64,000 bases of DNA from Eledone cirrhosa (GCA_964016885.1 OZ024761.1:14074001-14138000), one strand, 5' to 3'. Shown: positions 26,267-42,509, counted from the first letter of the stretch. The notes: generated from the letters alone by a model not told the origin. Program-made: numbers and translations.

Positions 26267-27479
26267 TATAATCTAGGGTCCCAAATAATAGGGGGGGTAG
26301 GAATAAGAGGGGTGGGATCATTTACTTAAATTCTTATTAGCGGGGGTGTTGGGAAATTGGTCATTGGAATAAGTGTTGGATGGAGTGGACATTTGCTTAA
26401 ATCCTTATAAGTAGGAGTGGGGGGGGGGGGGGGTCGGTAATTGAAATAAGTGGGGGGAGGGGGTAATCGGGTGATGTGTTATGTCCTTGAGCAAGACACT
26501 TTATTTCACATTGCTCCTTCTGCCTGGAGTTGCGACAGATAGATAGTATTAGCAATGGGAAAGACCAATGGAAACATTGTTTCCTCAGTCCGATTTGACC
26601 AAAGTCAATCGACTGTTGATAGTGTACGTTTGTAAATATGTGATTTCTTGTAATGTTCTTTTTTTTTTGGGTCACATATAATGTTATTTTTTTTAATGTA
26701 GTATAAGATTATTATTATTAGATATGCCAGCTGCTGTATCAATAGTCAATATGAATCACTTACAATAAGATATATTGGATTGGCAGTATTGGTCGGACGC
26801 CATGCTTTGCAGCATAGAGTTACGCCCCTTTACGGTCTGAGTTCAAATTCCGCCGAGGTTAACTTTGCCTTTCATCCTTAAGGAGTCAATAAAATAAAGT
26901 ACCAGTAATGCACTGGGGAAAGACCACCTTTCTGCTAGTAATTGACAATATACACAGAAATTGAAGAGAAACTGTTACAATGTCTTCTGTAATCTGTAAA
27001 GTAATCCAGGATACATTTAAAAAAGACAATATTTTATATAAACTGCATCATGGAAAAATTTAATGAAAACGAAAAAGGACAAAATTAGCTACGGAAATAT
27101 AAATGTTATGATATCATCATCATCATCATCACTGTTTTACGTCCGTTCTTCCACACTAGCATGGGTTAGACGGGTTGTCCTGTTGTGGGCAGTGTCTGGT
27201 CGGCTGACCTTGTCTTGCTCATACAGGAACTGATTTTGGCTTGATTTCTACAGCTGGATGCCCTTCCTAACACCAACCTCATTTACAGTGAGTGCTGGGT
27301 GCTTTTTCGTGGCGCCTAAACGTCCACTTTACAGTGTGGGCTGGGTGCTTTTTTGCCGTGGCACCTCCACAACCACCTTGCAGTGGGGGGTGTGGGGGCA
27401 TATTGTCTATATGCTTCAGCTTGTACCCATGGGAGGTCGGGTACTCTGTATTACTGTGTGACGCCAGAGGTCACGGTCG

Positions 27480-27862
27480 TGTGTCATCATCGCCTTTGAG
27501 AGATATAACGATGCAAGTATATGAATGTTTATATAAGCGATGTGATATAGCGTCCATTATATCATAACCGGAAGTATTGAAATTTTAAAAGAAGTGAATC
27601 TTGAAATAAGCAATAAAATTATTTATATTTAATCAAGAGTTATAAAATTGAGTACACAAATTATGTAATATTCATTCATTATTTATTCAAAGTAATCCAA
27701 CTTATTTTACAAACGGGGTAAAAAAATATATTCGGAAATCAGTCCCGCACTCCTTACTTTATTGTATTATGATATTTTTTATTTTATATTACGTGCACGC
27801 TGGAAAAACCTTTGTGCGGGCTGCATGTGTGCTTATAAAGGGCTGCATGTTTGACATGCCTG
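27480..27862 (-). mobile_element. hAT-type non-autonomous fragment (left boundary uncertain)
   Basis: End reads caggcatgtcaaacatgcagccc on the minus strand, a typical hAT terminus. Confidence 0.45.
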
Positions 27863-28413
27863 ATTTACAGTATTCAAATCAACACTACACTTCATCAGCT
27901 TGTAACATATAGACACTCTAACGGGCTGGGGTTAATTAATTGTTTTTAATTATCATCTAATTAGCAGTGTTTTCTTGTACTTGCTCAATGTTGTACTTCT
28001 AGTTTAATATTTGTTGTTCTCACTATTGTTGTTGTTTATTGAACACCTTTTTTTTGTTATTTTTCTATCATCATCATCACTTAATGTCCATTTTCCACAC
28101 TAGCATGGGTTAGACGGGTTGTCACATTGGAGGCAAGTTAAGTCAGGTGACCATGTCTTGCTCATACAGAACTGTTTCTGGCTTAGTTTCTAAGCTGGAT
28201 ACCCTTTCTAACGCCAACCACTTAACAATGTGTACTGGGTGCTTTTGTCATGACACCTACACAACCCCTTAACAATGTGTACTGGGTGCCTTTTGTCGTG
28301 ACACCTACACAACCACTTTACAGTGTGGACTGGGTGCTTTTTGTCATGACTCATACACGACCACTTTAAATGAAATGCATGTATATATTTATATATATAT
28401 ATACATATATGCA

Positions 28414-28449
<36 letters not shown>

Positions 28450-28787
28450 GGCTGCTCCCTCGTTATCGAGTATGGACATTACACGATATACCATTATTAA
28501 TTAATTCTATCGTGCAATGCCTGTGCGTGAAGATAGTTTTTAAAGTGAGGAAAGACTGTGCACTGAGCCAATCCCACTCTCTGAGCAACAGTAGCTATGA
28601 ACCGAAAAGAAGAAAAGATCAACATCATCGGTAACTACTGAGCTACAGGTTTTATATTGGAGTTATCCCAGTTTCCTGAGTTGCCTTCTCCTAGAAGAAT
28701 GCCCTGCAATATATAGAAGAATGCATTGCAATATATATATATATGTAAGAATATTTTCGAAACAGCGAGTGGGTTTGAAATTATTAG

Positions 28788-29007
28788 AAATGTAAGTTAT
28801 CGCCGTATTTTGACTAAAGAAATTAAAGAAATTATTTAGCCTGATCGTGGGGTTACGAACCCTCGGAGAAATGGAAAAAGATGAGTATTGACGTACATGG
28901 GAGTCAATACTCATCTTTTTCCATTTCTCCGAGGGTTCTTAACCCCACTATCAGGCTAAATAATTTCTTTAATTTCTTTAGTCAAAATATGGCGATAACT
29001 TACATTT
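28788..29007. repeat. Fold-back element, ~105-bp arms; same family as 36097-36252
   Basis: Arms 28788-28892 and 28903-29007 are reverse complements; shared tail gaaacagcgagtg. Confidence 0.88.
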
Positions 29008-30049
29008 ATATATATATATATATATTTCTAAAAAGTCTAAAGTCTGTCTTAAGCCAGAAGGCTCATTTGGCCGGTGCTTATCCCAGTTTCATGGCGTGAA
29101 GCGACTGAGAGTACAAGACTCCCCCCTGGACAGGACGCCAATCCATCGCAGGGTTAAACCTCCAGCTATTGCTGGTACTCATTTTCAGCTGAGTAAATTG
29201 GAGCAACGTGAAATAAAGTGTCTTGCTCAAGGAAACAAGACATCACCCTGTCCGAGAATTGAACTCACAACCTTTCAATTGTAAGCCTAATGCTCTAACC
29301 ACTAAACCATGCGCCTTCACTATATATATGTGTGTGTGCGTGTGTGTGTGTGCACATACATTGCACCGACAAGTAAAATCTTATTGAGGGGGGGGGGATC
29401 CTTTATTTGTTTCTAAGACATGACAACCTCCTATATATATATGTGTGTGTGTGTGTGAGTGAGACTCGGGTTCAATCTGGGGCAACCACAGTAAGTAAGA
29501 TACTCAATATATTAGTAGAGTGTAAACATCATGTTTAATATAGAAATGGCTTCTACAAGACTAGAACTGTTTCATTCAAAAGAAATCATCCTTCTTGATG
29601 ATTTATTTTGAATGAAACATATATATATATATGTGTGATGATGTGTATGTATAACTATTTCATTTACATTTTTATATATTTTCATTTTTATTCACTCACT
29701 TTCAATGTTGTTGCATGTATATATTTTTTATTATCGATGTTGTATGCTTATATATATACACACACAATATATACACCCACAATATATACTCACACAGCAC
29801 ACTCATCTACACATACACCTACATGCACACACACACACACATATACACAGTCTCTCTCTCTCTCATGCACACACACACACACATATATTATACAGTCTCT
29901 CTCTCACACACACACACACACACACGTCACACCATCTACTGACACATACATACAGATTTCCCCTCACACAAACACACGTATAATGCACACAGACCTCCAC
30001 TCATGCACACAGGCACATACACATATACAGATCCCCCCACTCACACACG

Positions 30050-31370
30050 CATCCACACACCTCTACTCACACACACATCCACACACCTCTACTCACATAA
30101 ACACACAAACACTCATTCACACACACCTCCACACTGTAACACACACACACACACACATCTTCATTCACACATACATCCACACACCTCTACTCACATAAAC
30201 GCACAAACACAAACACTCATTCACACACACCTCCACACTGTAACACACACACACACACACACCTTCACACACACACATCCACACACCTCTACTCACATAA
30301 ACACACAAACACAAACACTCATTCACACACACCTCCACACTGTAACACACACACACACACACACCTTCACTCACACACACACACCTTCACTCACACACAC
30401 ACACACACCTTCACACACATACATCCACACAACTCTACTCACATAAACGCACAAACACAAACACTCATTCACACACACCTCCACACTGTAACACACACAC
30501 ACACCTTCACTCACACACACACACACACACACACACCTTCACACACACACATCCACACACCTCTACTCACATAAACACACAAACACAAACACTCATTCAC
30601 ACACACACACACACACACCTTCACTCACACACACACACACACACACCTTCACTCACACACACACACACACACACCTTCACACACATACATCCACACACCT
30701 CTACTCACAAACACAAACACTCATTCACACACACCTCCACACTGTAACACACACACACACACATCCACTACTCACATAAACACACAAACACTCATTCACA
30801 CACACCTCCACACTGTAACACACACACACACACCTTCACTCACACACACACACACACACCTTCACACACACACATCCACACACCTCTACTCACATAAACA
30901 CACAAACACTCATTCACACACACCTCCACACTGTAACACACACACACACACCTTCACTCACACACACACACACACACCTTCACACACACACATCCACACA
31001 CCTCTACTCACATAAACACACAAACACTCATTCACACACACCTCCACACTGTAACACACACACACACACCTTCACACACACACACACACACACACCTTCA
31101 CACACACACATCCACACACCTCTACTCACATAAACACACAAACACTCATTCACACACACCTCCACACTGTAACACACACACACACACCTTCACACACACA
31201 CACACACACACACCTTCACACACACACATCCACACACCTCTACTCACATAAACACACAAACACTCATTCACACACACCTCCACACTGTAACACACACACA
31301 CACACCTTCACACACACACACACACACACACCTTCACACACACACACACACACCTTCACACACACACACA
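30050..31370. repeat. CA-rich minisatellite (~120-bp unit) just upstream of the terminal exon
   Basis: cacacctctactcacataaacacacaaacactcattcacacacacctccacactgtaac repeated. Confidence 0.92.
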
Positions 31371-31444
31371 ATATATTTTCTTTTCAATGTTATTTGCTTG
31401 TGTAGTTTATATCATTTTATTTTTATTTTTATTTTTATTTTCAG

Positions 31445-31519
31445 AAAAAAATTTGCATATTCGTCGTTGTTGTATTGCTGATAGCTATTGTAATTGGTAT
31501 AATCGTTGGTACCACCTAG
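31445..31519 (+). CDS. STX1A: Syntaxin-1 terminal coding exon, tail anchor: KKICIFVVVVLLIAIVIGIIVGTT*
   Basis: Long T-rich tract plus ttttcAG acceptor. Phase 0 gives KK, about 20 hydrophobic residues and TAG, completing KARQKK-TMD as expected for syntaxin-1. Confidence 0.88.
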   Translation, partial: KKICIFVVVVLLIAIVIGIIVGTT

Positions 31520-31714
31520 ATTGTCTGTCTGTTTGTCCCCTTTTCACCACCACCACCATCTGCTGCAAGAGGACATCCAACCCCTTCACACACCAATGAT
31601 AGTTTTTACCTGCTGCTGCTGCTGCTGCTGCCACGACCACCACTTACCTGCACACTGATTACTTTCTAATGTCTGTCTGTCTGTTTGTCTGACTGTGTCA
31701 GACAGGTAACAGGC

Positions 31715-32310
31715 AACCCTACTTGGCTACCTGGTCATTCAGTTACCTGGTCACTTAGCTACCTGATTGCTCAGTTACCTGGTTGCTCAGGTCACCCAGT
31801 TACCTGGTCAACCAGTTACCTGGTCAACCAATTACCTGGTCAACCAGTTACCTGGTCAACCAATTACCTGGTCAACCAGTTACCTGGTCTGTCAGTTACC
31901 TGGTCAACCAATTACCTGGTCTATCAGTTACCTGGTCACTCTGTTACTAGGTCACTTAGCTACCTGGTAGCCATACCAACTGTTTTTGTTTGTCTCATTT
32001 TTTAAACATTGTTAGACTATTGAGTTCGACCATCTGTCTGACCACAGTTTGTCCAAAAGTCTCCCTGTCTGTCTGACCACAGTTTGTCCAAAAGTCTCCC
32101 TGTCTGTCTGACCACAGATGGTCCAAATGTCTCCCTGTCTGTCTGACCACAGTTTGTCCCAAAGTCTCCCTGTCTGTCTGACCACAGTTTGTCCCAAAGT
32201 CTCCCTGTCTGTCTGACCACAGTTTGTCCAAAAGTCTCCCTGTCTGTCTGACCACAATTTGTCCAAAAGTCTCCCTGTCTGTCTGACCACAGTTTGTCCA
32301 AATGTCTGTC
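31715..32310. repeat. Two minisatellites in the presumed 3' UTR: 16-bp gttacctggtcaacca (31715-31970) and 35/36-bp ctgtctgtctgaccacagtttgtccaaaagtctcc (32030-32310)
   Basis: Directly visible tandem units. Confidence 0.92.
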
Positions 32311-32546
32311 CATTTCACTATCTGTCTGTGCAAATATTTTGCATGATTGTGTGGCTACATATAATTATCATTGTTGTCCAGAAGTCCAGAATGATTTGCA
32401 GTATTTATATTAAGCTTTGAATTCAAGTATTTGCCTTTTACCCTTCCAGAGATGATGGGGTGGGGTGGGGGGGGGGGGGGGGTATGAGGCAATAAGATAA
32501 AATAATGAATAAATAATAATCATTATTATTATTATGCCTTTACATT

Positions 32547-34362
32547 GGGTGGTGGATTGGCAGAATAGGTAGAGCATCAGACAGCATGCTTGGTGACATA
32601 TAATTAGTGCCCTTTACATTCTGAGTTCAAATCCTGCTGAAGTTAGATTTGCCTTTCATCCCTTCGAGGTCGATAAAATAAAGTACCAGTAATACACTGG
32701 GGTCGATTTAGTTGACTTTCCCCTTCCATTCAAATTGATAGCTTTGGGCCAAAACTAGAAACAATTATTATTATTTCAGACTGGCTCGGTAGAGGGTCGG
32801 ATGCCGTGCTTTGTAGCAAAGAGTTACACTCCTTTACGTTCTGAGTTCAAATCTCGCCGAGGTTAATTTTGCCTTTCATCCCTTCGAGGTCGATAAAATA
32901 AAGTACCAGTAATGCACTGGGGTCCCCCAAATTACTGGCCTTGTGCCTATATAGAAATCATTATTTCAGACTGGCTCGGTAGAGGGTCGGATGCCGTGCT
33001 TTGCATCATAGTTACGGCCCTTTATGATCTGAGTTCAAATCCCGCCGAGGGTAACTTTGCCTTTTATCCTTATGGGGTCGATAAAATAAAGTACCAGTCA
33101 CGTACTGGCGGTTGATTTAGTTGACTTTCCCCTTCCCTTCAAATTGATATCTTTGGGCCTAAATTAGAAACAATTTTTATTATTGGTTCTTTAATTTTCA
33201 TCCTTACGGGGTCGATAAAATAAAGTACCAGTAATGTACTGGGTATTTGCTGGCCTTGTGCCTAACGTAGTAACAATTATTATTATTGGTTCTTTAATTT
33301 TCATCCTTACGGGGTCGATAAAATAAAGTACCAGTAATACACTGGGTAATTGCTGGCCTTGTGCCAAAAGTAGAAACTTTATATGGCAGTGGATTGGCAG
33401 TATTGGTAGAGGGTCGGACGCCATGCTTTGTGGCCCTTTATGATCTGAGTTAAAATCCCGCTGGGGTTAACTTTGCCTTTCATTCTTACGGTGTTGATAA
33501 AATAAAGTACCAGTAATGTACTGGGTAATTGCTGGCCTTGTGCCTAACGTAGTAACAATTATTATTATTTCAGACTGGTGGATTGGAAAAATCATTAGAG
33601 CATTGGATTAAATACCTTGTGGTATTTGTTCTGGCTCTTTACTTTTTGAGTTCAAATCCTGCCAAGGTCATCTTAGCCTTTCATGTTTTCTAGGGTTGAT
33701 AAAATAAAGTACCAGTCACGCACTGAGGTCCATTTAATCAACTTTCTCCTTTCTCTAAATTGCTGGACTTGTACCTAAATCATAAATTATTAATTTAAGG
33801 CAGTGGATTGGTACAGCAATGGACACCATGCTTTGTGGCATAGAGCTATGGCCTTTTACGATCTGAGTTGAAATCCTGCTATGGTCAATAAAATAAAGTA
33901 CCATTAATGCACTGGGCTCGATTTAATCGACTTTCCACTCCCCTTCAAATTGCTGGCCTCGTGCCTAATGTAGAAATCATTATTATTATTATTATTATTG
34001 GGTGGTGGATTGGCAGTATAATCAGTAGAGCGTCAGACACCATGCTTTGCAGCAGAGAGTTATGGCCCTTTATGATCTGAGTTCAAATCCTGCCGCGGTT
34101 AACTTTGCCTTTCATCCTTACGGGGTCGATAAAATAAAGTACCAGTAATACACTGGGATAATTGCTGGCCTTGTGCCAAAAGTAGAAACAATTATTGTTA
34201 AAGTATTAAAGGTGGTAGACTAGCAAAATTGCTGGAGCATTGGACAGATGTCCTGGCAGTGTTTGTTCTTCTTTATCTGAGTTCAAATCCCGCCGAGGTT
34301 GACTTTGCCTTTCATCCTTACGGGGTCGATAAAATAAAGTACCAGTAATGTACTGGGGTCAA
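32547..34362 (+). mobile_element. Head-to-tail cluster of about 10 full or partial tRNA-derived SINE copies
   Basis: gataaaataaagtaccagt recurs throughout, all in one orientation, separated by (att)n tails. Confidence 0.9.
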
Positions 34363-34661
34363 TTAAATCAAAGTGCTGGACAATATGTCTTTGATGGTAT
34401 TTAGTAATTTCAAGAGGTCAAATTTAGCTTTAATCCTTCCTAGGTGGAGGATGTTGGTGAGAACACACAGCCTAATGGTTAGAATGTTTTGCTCAGAACC
34501 ATGTGTGGATGTGCGAATGTTTTTATGTGTGAATATACAAATATTTTTATATATGTATATTGTGGATATGTAAATATATTTGTATGTCGATATGTGAATA
34601 TGTTTATATGGTGGTGTGGATGTGTAAATAAGTTTATATATGTATATGTGAATATATTTAT

Positions 34662-34702
<41 letters not shown>

Positions 34703-35329
34703 TGTATCTGTTTATGTAGAAGTGTGAACATGTTTAACTCTTTAGCATTTAAACTGGCCATATCCAGCTAGAATTCTCTCACCTCTTTCTGTTCAAACTG
34801 GCCATAACTGGCCCCTCATACCAATGTTAAGGTATTGTTCTCAAAATAAATAATATCAAAATCTCATAGATTCGATATTATGTGAGATAGAGCCTTTACT
34901 GTGAAAATACAATATTAAATATAGAGTAATGTAAATGCTAAAGGGTTAAATATGCATATGAAGATATGTGGATACTTTTATTTATGTAAATATGTTCGTT
35001 TATATATGTAGATGTTCGTTTATATATGTAGATGTTTGTTAATATATGAATATGTTTATGTATATATGTATATATCTAAATGCATCTTTATACATTATGT
35101 ATGCATATATGGTTATTGCATATTGTGTGTGTTTAAGTCTATATATGTATGTATCTAGCCGTGTATGTATATTGCACACTTTTTTCTATATGTGTAGTTT
35201 ATAACACAACACCCACACCCTTATTGAAGTGAGTGGGTGTGGTGGAACTATGTATTGCATGAAATTTCCAAAATGCATAAAAATCTTAAATTTAAAAGAA
35301 ATAAGGAATTATATTACAATAATGAGTCT

Positions 35330-35700
35330 TAAAAAATGCCAACACTCCTACAACACTAAATGGACTCTCTTTCCCTAATTATGATAATGACATTAAAAAA
35401 AAAAGCCACTACCCCTTCAAAACTAAATGAATTCTCCCTCCTTACTTATGATAATGATGTTGTTTAAAAAATGCCACTACCTCTCCAATGCTAAATAAAC
35501 TCTCCCTCCATATTTATATTATAATAATGATATTCTTTAAAAAAAGCTTCTACCCCTGCCCCCTTACACTAAATGAACTCTCCCTCCCTACTTATAATAA
35601 TGTTATTCTTTAAAAAAGCCACTACCCCATCTACACTAAATGAACTCTCCCTCCCTACTTATAATAATATTGTTTAAAAAAAGCCACCACCCCTCCAATG
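35330..35700. repeat. ~60-bp diverged tandem repeat
   Basis: aaaaagccactacccc..ctaaatgaactctccctcc.tacttataataat repeated about six times. Confidence 0.85.
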
Positions 35701-36876
35701 AGATATAAATTTTAACAAAAGAAATCATTTTTTAAAAGACCTTTGACATGCTGTCGATGACGTAATGCACCACAGTAATCTCCCCTTAATAAATAATGCA
35801 GTGACAAGAGAAACAACTCATACAAATTACTAGCTCGCTAAAGATTAAGTATAAGAAAGTTCTCTCCCTTGCTCACCTCCCTAAAACAAAAGAAATATAC
35901 TAGCACCATTGGAATGTATGCAGGTAAATATATATATATATATAGAGAGAGAGAGAAAGAGGTGAAAGGATTATGTATAACACTTAAAATGTTTTAAAAT
36001 CATTGAAATTAATATAACATATAAACATGTGTATATAGCTATATGTGTACATGTATAAATATAAATTTGTTTTGAAACAGCGAGTGAGTTTGAAAATAGA
36101 AATAGAAGCTTTCGCCGTATTTTTTGCTAAAGAAATTTTAGTCTGATAGTGGGGTGTCATTACTCATATTTTTCCATTTCTTAGAGGGTTATAAGCCCCT
36201 CTATCAGCTAAAATTTCTTTAGTAAAAAATATGGTGAAAGCTTCTATTTCTAAATATATATATTTTTTGTTATACTTTGGGAGGGTCATGCTGCCAATAA
36301 ACAACACATGCACCTGTTGGTTTTCACTTCCATTTATTACAAATTTCAAGTTGTTTGGTTTAATAACCAGATGGTTGTTTATTTATTGTCAAAGTTCTTT
36401 CGTCACACATTCTGTGACCTACTTAGTGACTAATTTCTTATTTTGCATCTCTCTTTTGTTCTGTCCTACTCCATATTGTTCTCTGGAAATGTGTAATAAA
36501 TTGAAGTGAAATCCAACAGGTGTGTGTGTTTTTATTGGCAGCATGATCCTACCAAAATATAACAATATATGTTTCAACACATGTTTTCACATAATAAATC
36601 TTTCAAACCAAATTGAAAAAGGAAGTATATATATATATAAACGAAGTGTGTGTGTATATATATATATATAAATATATATATGTATAAACGAAGTGTGTGT
36701 GTGTATATATATATATAAATATATATATGTATAAACGAAGTGTGTGTGCACGTACATATATATATTAAAAAAAATACATATATGTGTATATATATATAAA
36801 TATATATATATGTGTATGTATATATAAATATATGTATATATATGTGTATGTATATATATATATATGTATATATATG

Positions 36877-36915
<39 letters not shown>

Positions 36916-37844
36916 ATATATATGTATGTGTATATATATGTAAATATATATATATATGTGTATATATATGTATGTGTATATATGTATATATTATATATGT
37001 GTATATATGTATGTGTATATATGTATGTGTATATATATATGTATGTGAATATATATATATGTGTATATATGTATGTGTGTATAAATATGTGTGTATAAAT
37101 ATATATATGTGTATATATATATAAATGTATATGTGTATATATATATGTGTATATATATGTATATATGTGTATATATATGTGTGTATATATATATGTGTGT
37201 ATATATATGTATTTATGTGTATATATATATGTATTTATGTGTATATATGTATATGTGTATATATATATGTATATATGTGTATATATGTATATATGTGTAT
37301 ATATTTATGTGTATATATGTGTATATATATATATATGTGTATATATATGTGTATATGTGTATATATATATATATGTGTATATATATATATATATATATGT
37401 GTATATATATATATATATATATGTGTATATATATATGTGTATATATATATGTGTATGTATATATGTGTATGTATATATGTGTATATATATATGTGTGTAT
37501 ATATATGTGTGTATATATATGTGTGTATATATATGTGTGTAGATACATATGTGTATATATATATATATATGTGTATATATATATATATGTGTATATATAT
37601 ATATATGTGTGTGTATATATATATGTATATATATATATATGTGTATATATATATATGTGTATATATATATATGTGTATATATATGTGTATATATATATAT
37701 ATATGTATATATATATGTGTGTATATATATATATGTGTATATATGTGTATATATATATATATGTGTGTATATATATGTGTGTGTATATATATATATGTGT
37801 GTGGATATATATGTGTGTGTATATATGTATATATATATATATGT

Positions 37845-38303
37845 GTCAAAGGGCAAAGGAGCTCTTAAGAGTCAATGGCCATCCAAAATCACTGGGAGAG
37901 ATGACCCCTTAGCCTTTGTCAAGGCAGAATTCTAGGAGAAGGAAAACTCTGATATAACACCTGCAACCCTGATGGTATCCAATGATGTTGACTTGTTCTT
38001 ATGTTTGGTAAATATCATCTTGATTAAGAGAGTGGGACTGGCTTTGTGCAGTGCCTTTGCTCACTATAAAAGTTTCATGGCACAGGCATTGCTTTATATC
38101 TGGAGATCTCTCTGCACTTGTCATCACATGGTACCATGGGCCCAGCACTATGTGTCAGTAATTGTCACAAGTGTAGTGTTTGTACCAGAGTTTTCAAGTC
38201 GCTGGCTGGACTAAAAAGTCACACTTGTTCAGCGCATCGGTAGGAGTCCTCGTACATGGATATAAAGTTGTGGCCGTACTCGAAAACGAGTTGGCAGCCA
38301 CCA
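37845..38303 (+). mobile_element. Bipartite RTE-like non-autonomous element, 5'-truncated
   Basis: Same family as 8085-8706. Confidence 0.85.
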
Positions 38304-38371
38304 TATATATATATATATATATACGTGTATGTATATATATATACGTGTATGTATATATATACATATACATG

Positions 38372-38406
<35 letters not shown>

Positions 38407-38814
38407 CGTGTATATATATATATACGTGTATATATATATATATATATATATACGTGTATATATATATATATACGTGTATATATATACGTGTATATATATA
38501 CGTGTGTATATATATATACGTGTATATATATATATATATACGTGTATATATATATATATACGTGTATATATATATATATACGTGTATATATATATATATA
38601 TACGTGTATATATATATATATACACGTGTATATATATATACGTGTATATATATACGTGTATATATATATATATATACGTGTCTATATATATACATGTGTG
38701 TATGTATATATGTGTGTATATATATATATATATGTGTATATTTATATAAATGTGTATATATATATATATATATGTGTATATATATATATATGTGTATATA
38801 TACATATGTGTATA

Positions 38815-39459
38815 TAACGAAGGAAATGTGGTAAGGAACCAGGTGGACCATAACGCACCAAAGTGCTCAATACTTAGAGTAGTAAAGTGGCTAGTAGGAA
38901 CGAGTAGGACCCCGACGGCTGAGCTGAAGTCGTTTCGACGGCTAATTCTGGACTAAATGAATTTTGTGTCTCGTTTGTCCACCATATTGCTGAACCATGA
39001 GATTACTTCCTGGGTGTTGACCCATAGGCTAAGTCTGGCGTGTTGCTTAACTTTTGGTATAACACGGTCTAGGATTTTTTTACTGATTCTACCTATGTCG
39101 GACTTCATTGGGTTTATAAGCCTGATAGAAGGTTTACTGTCGAAATCGGATTTGTGGTCCTTCAGTGTGAAGTAGGGTGTCCGAGGGTCTAAGGGTTCCG
39201 TGCGGTCGGCGACCCCGAGGCTGGAGGGAATATGTTATCCATCTCAATTTAGGTCCTCGATGCATGAGTGGTTAGCCTTTTTATAGGTGGAGTTTAGGCT
39301 GCTCCTGATCAGTGTGTGGTATCTGCCGGGGCTGACGAAGTAGAGGTTACCAGTTTTATCCGAGTGCACCATGATGTCATTGGTGTTATCATACTCCATT
39401 TAATCCAGAATTAGCCGTCGAAACGGCTTGAGCTCAGCCGTCGGGGTCCTACTCGTTCC

Positions 39460-39461
<2 letters not shown>
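38815..39461 (-). mobile_element. Penelope-like element fragment: RT N-terminal pseudogene (39400-38955) between inverted repeats (38895-38959 and 39397-39461)
   Basis: Minus strand: SDKTGNLY..TYKKAN..YFTLKDHKSDFDSKPSIRLINPMKSDIGRISKKILDR..WVNTQEVISWF. Arms carry a hammerhead 3' half, GAAA cggc..gccg TC. Same family as 57862-58057. Confidence 0.85.
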
Positions 39462-39496
<35 letters not shown>

Positions 39497-39561
39497 ATAT
39501 ATATCTATGTGTGTATATATATATATATATGTATGTATGTATATATGTATATATATATATG

Positions 39562-39608
<47 letters not shown>

Positions 39609-39669
39609 GTATATATGTATATATATATATGTATGTATGTATGTATATATGTATATATATATATGTATG

Positions 39670-39729
<60 letters not shown>

Positions 39730-39753
39730 TATATGTATATATATATATGTATG

Positions 39754-39813
<60 letters not shown>

Positions 39814-39881
39814 TATATATATATATTTGTATATATATATATATTTGTATATATATATATATTTGTATATATATATATATT

Positions 39882-39930
<49 letters not shown>

Positions 39931-40234
39931 ATATTTATGTATATATATATATTTATATATATATATATATGTATGTATATATATATATATATTGTATATA
40001 TATATATTATATGTATATATATATATGTGTGTGTATATATATATACATATATATATATGGGTGTATATATATATGTATATATGTATATATATGTATATAT
40101 ATATATGTATATATATATATGTATATATATATATGTTATATATATATGTATATATATATATATGTATATATATGTATATATATATATTGTATATATATAT
40201 ATTTGTATATATATGTGTATATATATGTGTATAT

Positions 40235-40274
<40 letters not shown>

Positions 40275-40482
40275 GTATATATATATATGTGTATATATAT
40301 ATATGTGTATATATATGTGTATATATATATATATATATGTGTATATATATGTGTATATATATATACATATATATATATATATGTGTGTATATATATGTGT
40401 ATATATATGTGTATATATATATATATATGTATGTATATATATATATGTATGTATATATATATATGTATGTATTATATGTATG

Positions 40483-40535
<53 letters not shown>

Positions 40536-40618
40536 GTATATATATATGTATATATATATATATGTATATATATATGTATATATATATATATGTATATATA
40601 TATATGTATATATATATG

Positions 40619-40725
<107 letters not shown>

Positions 40726-41030
40726 GTATATAATGTATATATATATGTATATATATATATATGTATATGTATATAATGTATATATATATGTATATATATA
40801 TATGTATATATGTATATATATATGTATATATATATATGTATATATATATATGTATATATATATATGTATATATATATATATGTATATATATATATGTATA
40901 TATATATATATGTATATATATATATGTATATATATATATATGTATATATATATATGTATATATATATATATGTATATATATATATGTATATATAGTATAT
41001 ATATATGTATATATATATATATATAGTATT

Positions 41031-41081
<51 letters not shown>

Positions 41082-41217
41082 GTATATATGTAATATATAT
41101 ATATATGTATATATATGTATATATATGTATATATGTATATATGTATATATATATATGTATATATGTATGTATATATATGTATATATATATATATGTATAT
41201 ATATATATGTATATATG

Positions 41218-41250
<33 letters not shown>

Positions 41251-41279
41251 GTATATATATATATGTATATATATATATG

Positions 41280-41310
<31 letters not shown>

Positions 41311-41408
41311 GTATATATGTATATATATATGTATATATATATATGTATATATATATATATTTATATGTATATATATATGTATATATATATATCTATATAT
41401 ATATATTG

Positions 41409-41439
<31 letters not shown>

Positions 41440-41660
41440 TATATATATATGTATATATATATATGTATATATGTATATATATGTATATGTATGTATATAT
41501 ATGTATATATATATGTATATATATGTATATATTTATATATGTATATATATGTATATATATATATGTATATATATGTATATATATATATGTATATATATGT
41601 ATATATATGTATATATATATATATGTATATATATGTATATATATGTATATATATATATAG

Positions 41661-41755
<95 letters not shown>

Positions 41756-41848
41756 GTATATGTATATATATTATATTATATATATATGTATATATATATA
41801 TATGTATATATATGTATATATATATGTATATATATATGTATATATATG

Positions 41849-41879
<31 letters not shown>

Positions 41880-41908
41880 TGTATATATATGTATATGATA
41901 TATATATG

Positions 41909-41984
<76 letters not shown>

Positions 41985-42010
41985 GTATATATGTATATAT
42001 ATATATATAG

Positions 42011-42050
<40 letters not shown>

Positions 42051-42131
42051 TGTATATATATTATATATATATGTATATATGTATATATATATATGGTGTA
42101 TATGTGTGTATATATATATATATATGTATTT

Positions 42132-42165
<34 letters not shown>

Positions 42166-42249
42166 ATGTGTATATATATATATATGTATATATATGTGTA
42201 TATATATATATATATGTATATATATGTGGTATATATATATATATGTATA

Positions 42250-42290
<41 letters not shown>

Positions 42291-42509
42291 GTGTATATAG
42301 ATATATATATATATATGTATATATATGTGTATATATATATATATGTATATATATGTGTATATTTATATATATATGTATAATATATGTATATGTGTATATA
42401 TTATGTATATATGTATATATATGTGTATATATATATGTATATATATATATATGTGTATATGTGTATATATATATGTATATATTTATATGTATATATGTGT
42501 ATATATATA

